Shown: one piece after another, positions 53,688 through 64,000 of the stretch
Layout of the letters: every line of letters starts with the position of its first letter
Numbering within the stretch: the first letter of the stretch is position 1
Origin: Octopus bimaculoides
Lineage: Eukaryota
Reading direction: 5' to 3'
Length of the DNA: 64,000 bases
NCBI RefSeq assembly: GCF_001194135.2
Contig: NC_068983.1
Span: 93,016,903-93,080,902 of the forward strand
Translations under genes and position numbers: made by a program
Notes under the pieces: generated by a model
Told to the model about the DNA's origin: nothing
Seen by the model: only the letters and a program-made list of their open reading frames with translations
Database searches by the model: none

Positions 53688-54414
53688 ATACTCTGTGTGT
53701 GTGTGTGTGTATGTATATATATATATATATATAAACATATTGGCAAACAGTTCACTTTAATCTACATGGTATCATGATGTCTTTGGCTTCTGGTACTCTG
53801 CCACCCTAGTTGGTTATCTTTCTTGTATTGACTTATAATGTATTCAACACTGAAGAAAGTGGAATGCTATTGTGATATTTCTTCTTCTTCATGCAATATA
53901 ATTTTATCAAATACAACACTTCTTCCTTGAATATACTAATCATACCCTGCAGATTTTATTTTAGCATGGTCAGAAATGACAATCAAATGAAATTTATATA
54001 ATGAAGTCCCGTTTTGAACAATGAGGAAGCTCTGATTTAAAATCAGTAAATGTTCTCCACAAGTTAAGATATAAATTCCAACAGGTTATTTTGCAGAAAA
54101 GTTGTTTTAACTGTGCCAGCCAACAGAATTTAGGATGGAAGACTGCATAGTTAAAGAGAGCCAGTATGTTTCTTCAAATGTTACTGTGCGTTAAGATATG
54201 GTAATATGTGAAAGGTTTCCAATGTTTTAAACCAAAAATTATGTAATTCTTTTTTAAAATAGTCAAAAGAACAATTTACATACTGACAAACTGAATGAGA
54301 CACAACTAGGTTGATATCATGATCACAGGTTTTCTTTAGGAGTTACAATCCCCAAATTAGTTCAGAACAAGAATACATGCACATGCACACATTCACTTTA
54401 AAACCCCATAAGTT

Positions 54415-54740
54415 TAGGTTTCGTCCCATAGCACAGCATCATTGGTAAGTGTCCTATAGTCTAGCCCAAGTGCTGACCAATACCTTGTGAGAAAATTGTG
54501 CTGTCAGAAGCTGCAAATCCATTTTGTGTACATATGTATGTGTGAATATGTATGTGAATGTGCATGAATTCACACTTGTCACCGATGGAGCAAAAGAGTG
54601 GTGACATTGATATTCGTTGCTTACATTATGAAATAAAACCCAGGGATAAAACATCCCTTACATGAAAATAGGTAATAAAATCCATCCTCAAATAATTCTT
54701 CGTCCAAACTAATGCTAACATGGAAAAGCAGACATTAATG
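54415..54740 (+). mobile_element. Decayed SINE with RTE-like tail ending ~25 bp from an exon donor site
   Basis: GGTTTCGTCCCATAG..GGTAAGTGTCCTATAG..GACCAATACCTTGTGAG; tail ATGCTAACATGGAAAAGCAGACATTAATG. Confidence 0.55.
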
Positions 54741-54764
54741 AACAAATATATAATAAATTCTTAC

Positions 54765-54920
54765 CTAAATAGTAGTCTGCCCCGGCTTTGACATCCAAGA
54801 CTCTGGTAGACACCTTGGAATTTCGGTCCACAGTGCAGTTAACTTTACTAGAGTCAATTGCTATGAGAAAACTATGCCAGAGACCATCACTAAAAGAGGT
54901 AGTTGGACTTTCAACATCAT
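54765..54920 (-). CDS. Nrx-IV: Neurexin IV/Caspr-like exon (1st found): LamG domain, DVESPTTSFSDGLWHSFLIAIDSSKVNCTVDRNSKVSTRVLDVKAGADYYL(G)
   Basis: Acceptor ttaaatAG, donor GTaag; 156 nt, phase 1-1; LamG DGxWH...TVD motif. Not shown in the ORF track. Confidence 0.9.
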
Positions 54921-57006
54921 CTATTTAAGAGAAGAAATATTGATCAATAAACTGAAGATGTAAAATAATTAAATTTAGGATTAATCTTTCAATAGAATTT
55001 TAAATAAAATTGTATGAAACTACTGGACATAAGTGAAAAGTTGTTCTGATAATACAGAATAATTTTTATTTATTAACACACTGTTGCATAACCAAAAACA
55101 AGGTCTTTGGACTCATTCATACTATATTATTTATAATGACGTTTATTAATTCCCTCCAGAAATTTTTTGAACTTTAGCTTCAGGAACATGAAGAAATGAA
55201 GAAATATTACAAGAATAATTATAAAAGAGTTCTGATTTAATTAATTTCAGGAAATCTTAAATTAAAAAAATAAAGACGGATAATGCATGATGGTTAACAA
55301 AAATATAATAACAATATTGAAAATGTTCTTCCATTTGTGTCAGCGAAAGTCTGAAATAAGTTGACAATCACAAGTTTAGGCATTAATTTCATAGATTTGG
55401 TGAAAGGTCAGGCAAAATTGGAAAGCTAAAACCAACCAACCAACCAACCAAAATGCACACAAACAAATATTCAATAATATATGTGAAGTATTAATAATGA
55501 TAATAATTATGATAAATATCAAAAAGAACACAAAATTTTTCCTTCTCCAGTCAGATCAAAGACTGCTTGTTTGCAACAGATATGTGCATAACTGAATGAT
55601 AAAGTAGTGAAGATGCCATCATTGATGCTGTTTTCTCATAAAGTCAGCCAGCCATACATATACACACGTAAATATAAAGTTATTTAGTCTTTTAGATTAT
55701 TTATGCCATCGAGGTTACAATCACATTGAGATGTGTGTGTATATGTGTGTAAAGATGCATGTGTATGTATATGCATACATGCGTATGTACACACATATAT
55801 TTATACAGGTATGTGTATAAATATGTGTACATACATATAGACCCTGTACAAACTTATATATTATAATTAAATTCTAGTTGTGGTGAAAAGTGGTAATGCA
55901 AAACTGAATAATGACCATGAAATAAGGACAGTATAAAACTAACTGTTAAGTGAGGCAGATTGGCAAAATTAGTAAAATGATGGACGAAATGATTTTCCGT
56001 ATTTAATTATATACCTTTACTTCTAAATTAAAAATTCTACTGAGGTTGACTTTACATTTCATTCTTCTGAGATTGATAAAATAAGAGCCAATGAAATACT
56101 AAGGTTGATTCACTTGATTTACCAAAATTTGTGAATTGTGCCTTTATTAGGAGTTATTAACTCCACATTATGCAATGCGTTTGTGTGTATACGTATATAT
56201 GTATCAGTGGCAACTCTGGCACTTGAGCTGTTTGGGCTTAGCCCAAGCATGAATTTAGTGAAGTGAGCATGTATTTGCAAGCTGATTTAATTTCTGCCAA
56301 CATTGACTTCAAGTATGTAAATTCAGCCATTAATTCGGGCTCCTTTTATTGAGCTTTGTCACAGTTAATCTATTTTCGTTCAGTGCTTGGTGATTGTCTT
56401 AGAGGTGTCCTGTGTCAAAAAATATTTGTAGCAGATGTTCTCTCGACATCATTCACACGCACCTTACTCGGGCTCAGAAGTTACTGCCCGAGTAGTTAGC
56501 TATAATGGCAAAAATTACAAGTAATACAAATTCAATGCTTTCTTGAAACAATAAATTTCTATAGAGATTTAAATTCCAATCTATGAAAAGTTTCCGTTCT
56601 ACAATATTCTTAAAGGAACAAAAAATTATCCAGCAACTCAGGTTAATACGAATGAGTCTAGTAGGTGAAAAAGACCAACTAGCATCTCTTGTCAAGAGTA
56701 CAGGTGACATTCAGATCGTTGATGTTTGTTATGCACTCTACTGTTGTTATTTGATTACTGTTATTCTGTGATTCTGTGTGTAAAGATTAGTTGTGTTTTG
56801 CAAGGCTGCTTTATTTTTACCCTTAACTTAGAAATGGAGAAAGGCATAGTGTGAGATATAAAAAGTAAATTATTTGTGGCTAGAAATATTGTGGTAAAAT
56901 GTGAAATTCTTTGAGCAGGCATGTGTCTTATGCAAAATTTGCGATGAGCCTGAGTGATGAAACCTATGATGAGCCTGAATGACACAGATGACCTGGCACC
57001 ACCTCC

Positions 57007-57047
<41 letters not shown>

Positions 57048-60000
57048 AAGAATTACAGCGTGATGTGCTGCTTGACTGGTCCCCCCTCTCCCTCTCTCTC
57101 TCTCTCTCTCTCTTTATATATATNNNNNNNNNNNNNNNNNNNNNNNNNNNNNNNNNNNNNNNNNNNNNNNNNNNNNNNNNNNNNNNNNNNNNNNNNNNNN
57201 NNNNNNNNNNNNNNNNNNNNNNNNNNNNNNNNNNNNNNNNNNNNNNNNNNNNNNNNNNNNNNNNNNNNNNNNNNNNNNNNNNNNNNNNNNNNNNNNNNNN
57301 NNNNNNNNNNNNNNNNNNNNNNNNNNNNNNNNNNNNNNNNNNNNNNNNNNNNNNNNNNNNNNNNNNNNNNNNNNNNNNNNNNNNNNNNNNNNNNNNNNNN
57401 NNNNNNNNNNNNNNNNNNNNNNNNNNNNNNNNNNNNNNNNNNNNNNNNNNNNNNNNNNNNNNNATTTCTCAGCAAATATCAAGCCTGCCACATGGGATGT
57501 TGATATTTATCTCCATCTTGTTAACCCACAAATAAAGAATCTTTATCCACCAATGTAGTGTTGAACATTCATTGTCATTGTTCAATGTTAACACACACAT
57601 ATATATTCTAGAGTAGTTTTTATAAACAATTTTTAACTGAGGGTGTATCAGCACCCAGCTTCATACTCACACAAGATTTTTCACGCTTCTCCTAGACTAC
57701 CCAGTTAAAATGTTCAATTAAAAAAAAAAAAACAAACAAAAAAACCCGCAGATCTGAATACACTGCAAAACCTATTTCTCTCATAATTAAACTGGTACTT
57801 CTAATGATCAAAAATGAAGCTTGTGAAGAAGAAATTTTCCTCTGCATAGTAAATTATTGAGTGGGGTGGGGGTTGAGAACTCTTTCAAACTATTAGAAAG
57901 GTAAAACTTTGTTCTCTGGTGAACACTTTCCAAGAACATTAAATTAAAAAAAAAAAAGACAAAAATTCTTAAAGATATTTGGAAAATATCTGTATATTCT
58001 GAGCTGTCATTAATGTTTATGAGACTGACATTTCACACATTCTAGGATTTTTTTCAAGTCACATTACAAATACACAGAAAAATAAACATTGGCATTTATC
58101 ACAAAATTAATAAAAAGGCTCAAACATTAGCTACCAAAGGTAAAACAGTTGATAGAACTGAATGTGTAGCACTATGTAAAATCTTGCATTTAAAGATCAA
58201 AAGGCTAATTTTTTAGCTGATTGCAAGAGCAGGATCATTAACCTGGCAAAAAGCAAACTGGGTTACATAGTTAGAAAACATTTTAGACATAATTATCTTA
58301 AAAATTAGTTACATCACATTTGCCTTTATGGATAAATAACTCAGCTGAAATTATTTGGTTTAACTAAATAGACAATAAATATACTTAAATATTCACCCAC
58401 TTTGACACAGGAATTTTCGTCATCCATTTTATTATTTTTTTCAGGAAAGCTTTTAGGTTAAATATTATTATGATGAGTTATTTAATGTGGCTAAAGGCTT
58501 ATACAATGAGCTGAAGTTTGTTGGGTGGAACATTATATAATTTAGATTTGATTCAGATGTTCTATCCCAAAGATTTAGGCCTTTATAGAGATGATGGCCA
58601 TATGTATGACCATCACCTTGATAGATTTTTGAAAGATTTTTGCTTTAGAGAGTTTGAGAATTACAACTAATTCTTGTAGGAAGCCAAAGAAAAAATTGCA
58701 ATTTATAAATAAATTGCAATTTATAAATAAATCCTCCAGTTAATATCAGTCATCTGATAAAATATTGGATACAACATTTTCATCCGGAAAAATTTTACTC
58801 CTATGTATTGGCTTACAACAACAATGCTTAAAAAGGGAGTACTTTTCATTTAGAAATATAGCACATTCTGTATAATACCTCACATAGCAGAACAGTTTTC
58901 TAGACTATCTCAATTTATATCACTCAAAGAAATGGTAGTAAAAAACTTCCATTATATATTTACCACAATGTAATTATTACAATATTGACTCATAACCACT
59001 TGACAGAAAATAACTCAGTAAGGAGTTGGCACAGTTATCAGATTACAGAGAAAGGATTTAGATTAATGAGAACAGACTTTTAAAAGTGAATATATTCAGC
59101 ATACATATTCTTTTAGGTATCCATAGAAAATAAATATTTCTCTATCACAGCATGTCTAGAGACCGAATGATGTACTATGAACTTGATTTACTGTAATCAG
59201 TATTCAAATTTGTAAAACTATATTCTGGAGATTCTAGATTATGTTACCTGTGCACCTAAGTAAGTTTTCATACTAGGAATTTCATTCACTTTTCAATTTG
59301 TAAGAATGAAACAAGCACATTCTATGGTGTTATATTCTAATTACAGGCTAAATATTATTTACTTACTTACAGGTGCAATTTATTTGAAATTTAAAAGCTT
59401 TTTTTGTTTTTGAAATACTTTAAATATTCGGAATCTTTGTGTCGAAGGCATTCTGTTAAGTTAAGTGTTGTTCATAGAAATTGTCTACGAAAACTACAGA
59501 ATTTTGGTAAAGTGATATATTCTTTTATAAAAAAAAAAAAGGAAAAAGAACATAAATCTGTTTTGTCTATTGAATTTTGTATATAACTTTGTTATTATTT
59601 AAGGATTGATCAACTGTTTTCCATGTGCTGTTAACACTTATGCCTTCCTCTCCATTTCTTCATTTTCTTTCTATTTTTATTTTGTGACATTTCTGAGTCT
59701 CTCTGACTTATATACTTTCATGCATTTATTTCCCTCTCTCCTCTTCTCTGCATAACAACAAGCCTATTTTTGTTCTCTTTTCTTTTCAACCTAATTTTAT
59801 ATTTTTCCATACTGTCTTCTAGTATTGTTTTATCATAATGTATCAATATGCAAACACATGCTATCCACCTCAAATTCTTTCTTTTCGCCCTTCTGCTTAT
59901 TCATTTCTTTCTGTTTTTCTATATTCTATCCATTTTTGTATGCATGTAATTCCCTGACTGGTTTCTTTTTTCCTGCCGACAGTTTTCTTATTTTGATCTT

Positions 60001-61393
60001 ATTTCCAATAAATTTCTAGTTATTTTTATCCATAACATTATAACTATATGCTTTGTCAACTGTTTTAATTTAAATATAACATTTTAAATTGTAGGTCTTT
60101 AAATACAAAAATCTTAGTTTTGATCAAATTTATACTCCCTACAAATAAAATTTTAGGCATGATGAAAAGATTTAGACTAATAATGGTGTAAAATTTCAGT
60201 GTTTAATTAAAGTGCATAATTGCATATGTACATGTGCATTATGTAGAGAACTACCAATAATTTTAAAAGGTAAGATTTTGGGCTTAAAGAAACACTAATT
60301 ACAATATTTCCCCACTGTTTGTTACCTATATCCTTCATTGTCTTCAAGACTAGAACAACTTTTCAATCAACAACTATCAATTGCAACAAACATGAATATC
60401 TATGGTATCTTTAATATAACAATAACATAAATAATTTTATTCTTAGCCTTCATAAACAAACAACAGTATGCTGGAACAATGGAGAAATAAGATGGAGATG
60501 AAGAAACTATAATGATATTAACATATTACATAAGATAAACACCAACACACAAGGGCATATAAAAACACTATACTGATGAAGGCACAACAGGGTGTGTGTA
60601 AGTGGGAGATAGAGAAAGAAAGGGAAACTCTAAACAGACAACAATAAACACAAATCAGTGGTGCCCCAACAGCGAGATGAGAAAAATGATGGAGGTTAAC
60701 AAACAAAAGAGCCTAACATACACCAGGAGCATGAACAAAGAACATAGAGAAATTAACTTTCTATAAAGAATGGGACATAGAACAAAGAAACATACAGAAT
60801 AGAGGGGTGAACACAGAATAGAGATGAACAAACAACAGAGAAATGAACAAATGCAAGAGATTAATACACAAGGTCATGAGGAAAGCACAGAAAGATGAAA
60901 ACACAATGGAGAAATGAACACACAACAGAAGAGATGAACAAATAACTGAGAAACAACAATTAATAAATGAGTAATACTGAGATTGAATCAATTTTTGTAT
61001 ATTGCAAATTTCAGAATACTTTTTTTTTTTTAGATAATAATCATCTTTTTCAAGTCAAGGTGTCTATAAAGTGAGTGCTTATCTTTCATTTTTATTAAAT
61101 AAATGGTAGACAAATAATCACTTGGATAGGCTATTGGTTCATTGTAATTATTTTTTTTACTATGGGAAGAATTGAATTAAATGCATAAAATTAGTGTATC
61201 AGACATCAATTTTACTGTGCAGTAACTGCTTACAGTGGCCAATTATAAAATCTCATAGTACCTGTTTACAGTAAGGTGGGCTGCACCTTGGTAGCTATTT
61301 GTCTTTTCCACAAACATAAAGCTGTACCACCAGCAAGATATAAATTGCTGAGCTGCTGGGCTAGTTGTTTGTTCATCATTTCATTCAACCATT

Positions 61394-62263
61394 TACAAGG
61401 TAATATCAAAGAGTTCCCAGACTAGTTATGTTAAATAAAAAGTAACTTATTTACCTACATTTTAACATCATTTCCTTTGAAATAGTCACCTTGTGCCACA
61501 ATACACTAGTCCCAGCATTCCTGCCACTTTCAGAATCTGGCCTGGAAGTCATTTTCTGTAAGCAAGTCAAGGACCATCTGCAATTTGCTCTGGATCTCAA
61601 CAATGATGTTAAAATGGCAACTTTTGAGCACCATTTTCATCTTGGGGAAGGGATGGAGTCTGCAGGTGCTAAATCTGGTGAATAGGGTGGGTGCGGAAGT
61701 GATATCATGTTGTCTTTGGAGAGAAACTCGAAGTAGGAGAGCTTGGTGACAGGGTGCATGGTCGTCATGAAGAATCCAAACATTAGGATTGCCTGCATGG
61801 ACCCATATGACAGACCAACAACATCGGTAATGTCATTGATTGTCCTCCAATGATCCTCATGCACAAGCTGATGAATTTTCTCCACATTTCTCAGATTGCT
61901 CATCATCTTCCAGGGACATTCTTCTGCTTTTGAAGCACTTATGTTACTCAAAACGTGTACAACTCATTGCCATAAGCTTGTCGAAGCATACTCAATGTCT
62001 CTGCAGCAGACTTCCCACATTTAATGCAAAATTTCATGTCTGCCCTTTGTTCCAACTTCCTGTCCATAACACAAATCACAGATAACAGCATACACATAAT
62101 CATAAAAATACAAATCTTACGACTTGCAAAGTAAACACAACAATGTCACTTAACACACTGCCTCATGAAGGTCACTGCTAGCTCTCACTGTGCACACAAC
62201 CATATGCTTCCATCTGTTGTTGCACTACAGAACTTGTCTTAGAAGTTTTTATACCACCTCGCA
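61394..62263 (-). mobile_element. Internally deleted mariner element (~870 bp)
   Basis: Imperfect TIRs TACAAGGTAATATCAAAGAGTTCCCAGACTAG / rc TGCGAGGTGGTATAAAAACTTCTAAGACAAG. HTH segment NVEKIHQLVHED..TINDITDVVGLSYGS..AIL is fused to WILHDDHAPCH and HPPYSPDLAP; Asp spacing is near D34D. Confidence 0.85.
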
Positions 62264-62799
62264 CATTCTCAAAGCTAACAATAATATGAAAATAAAATTT
62301 TGTAGAAAGGTAACATGAAACCTTGACATATCTAAAATTCACACAAGATGCAATATTTTCATTTACCTTTGCTAGACAATTACTTCTTGAACGGCTTAAT
62401 ATATCAGGTAAACCTAATGTAGTGTTGTTACAATTGACAGATAACTGATACAGGATTTAGATATGGCCTTCACATGCAATACACCTAATTGAACTGTTGA
62501 CTATTGGGTTATCACACATATTTTATTGATCCTGGAATATTAAACAACTGATCAATTACAACTGATCCATTTTAATCCAGTCAATAAGTTAATGAATATA
62601 GATTTATGTTGGGGAAACTTACAATACTGGATACTCTAGGTAATCCACATAAATAAAGCAGCCCCAACACAAAGAAAATACATCTATGCTGGTGATAAGG
62701 TAGTCATTGGCTTACTGGATAGAATACCTCACAATATTTGTTGACACTCAATACTGAGTTCAAACTCTGTTGGGAGACAACTTTGCTGTTCATCAGAGT

Positions 62800-63030
62800 A
62801 AGTGGCTGTGTGATTAAGAAGGTCACTTTGCAACCACATGGTTTTGGATTCAGTCCCACTATGAAGCACCTCAGGCAAGTGTCTTCTATTATAGCCCTGG
62901 ATTAACCAATGCCTTGTGAGTGAATTCAATAGACAGAAACTGTGAGAAAGCCATAAGTACCAGATCAAAAAAAAAAAAGTGCTCCAGCATGACTGCAGTC
63001 AAATGACTGAAACAAGTAAAAAATAAGATA
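62800..63030 (+). mobile_element. tRNA-derived SINE
   Basis: GTGGCTGTGTGATTAAGAAG..AACCACATGGTTTTGGATTCAGTCCCACT..CAAGTGTCTTCTATTATAGCC..GCAGTCAAATGACTGAAACAAGTAAAA. Confidence 0.7.
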
Positions 63031-63415
63031 TCCAAGGTGGTAGACTGGCAGACCTGTAAGAACATTGAACCAGAAACCTTGTTCTTTATGTTCTGAGTTC
63101 AAATGCTGCTATAACCTAATTGGGTGATAGACTTGATCTATCATCCAGTTTAACATTGCCACCTGGCACTTACGATGCTTTTAGTAAAGTCTGCTCTGCT
63201 GCAAGCATTCAGGCCAGGTTTCTAGTTTGAAGTACCTTTCTCTGTAGCTAAATAAAACAACAACAGTGGGATATGAAAACCACTTAAAAGTAAGAAAGAA
63301 AAGGGAAACTACACTGAAGAAACAAAAATTAAGTAAAGACAAAATAAGAGATATAGCTATAAAAAAAAAAGAAACAAAAACAGAAAAACAAGCTTGTGAG
63401 TAGTGNNNNNNNNNN

Positions 63416-64000
63416 GGGAAAATGAGTGAGAAAAGCCACTCTTGCTTATATCTAATAAGCCTCAACAGAGAGGAATCAAGCAAAATTCAATGCCAACAAT
63501 GGTTCAATAGCACTGGACTAAAAGCAGAAATAGAAGGTCCAATTCTAACAGCACAAGTCCAATGCTTAGGCACAAAAATGTACAAAACTAAAGTGAAAAA
63601 AGATACTAACATCAGGTATAGACTACATTACTAGTACAATGAGACAGTTGACCTCATTAGTTCTTCTAACTGCTGCACTAACTATGATAACTATGATAAA
63701 TTATGAACAAAACATACAAGTTTAGAATGTTATACACAGTCCAAAAGACAGTCCTACTAGGTACAGCACAAGCCTACTCAAGACACTTTTAATTCACTAG
63801 TAGAACTTAAACAGAACACTATCGGCATATAAAAAAAAAACATACTCTCAACATTACCACATAAAATAACACAATAAATGTATCACCAAACAATATAACA
63901 GTACATACTCTCTACAATCAACATCCAACTACGTAATACATATTCTTAAATGATCAATGCTAGACACTATAAAACAAGCAACTCACATTCTATATAACTG
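63416..64000 (+). mobile_element. Remnant of a restriction-like-endonuclease LINE (R4/Dong-like)
   Basis: QWFNSTGLKAEIEGPILTAQVQCLGTKMY...RYRLHY*YNETVDLI resembles the W...LK.ETEG.I.AAQDQ.L.T..Y...CR.C...ET..HI segment before the CCHC knuckle of R4/Dong LINEs; heavily decayed. Confidence 0.55.

Noticed and set aside
56200-57010. Possible hAT transposase remnant (FPFYNILK..YPATQV)
   Set aside because: The similarity is too weak and there are no convincing TIRs or TSD.
54921-64000. Search for upstream LamG exons of the Nrx-IV-like gene
   Set aside because: No open, splice-bounded LamG-like segment was found by eye; it may lie in the 57124-57463 gap or beyond the window.

Overview
AT-rich, repeat-dense animal genomic DNA. 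The repeat repertoire (tRNA-derived SINEs, RTE LINEs with tandem-repeat 3'UTRs, long TA/CA/GA microsatellites) resembles coleoid cephalopod (Octopus-like) DNA; this is an inference, not a database result. The whole window appears to lie inside one minus-strand gene encoding a Neurexin IV / contactin-associated protein (Caspr, CNTNAP) family member. Five GT-AG exons (54920-54765, 51366-51231, 50943-50837, 48983-48849, 3502-3299) have compatible phases and join into a stop-free 738-nt frame: LamG C-terminal part, EGF, then fibrinogen-like region. One intron is about 45.3 kb. The introns hold three large RTE LINE copies, CR1/L2 and R4/Dong-like LINE remnants, a DD37D (maT) and a mariner transposon relic, hAT/piggyBac/Helitron non-autonomous elements, many SINEs (two head-to-tail arrays) and several foldback palindromes. 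The most unusual signal is a ~530-bp foldback (9639-10169) whose two arms each carry a type-I hammerhead-ribozyme-like motif with a palindromic stem III (Penelope-like), one per strand. No prokaryote-type system (CRISPR, operon) is present, and I could not support any clearly new protein-coding system. Assembly gaps: 15299-15937, 16914-16923, 49458-49597, 57124-57463, 63406-63415. TE boundaries without TSD/TIR evidence are approximate.
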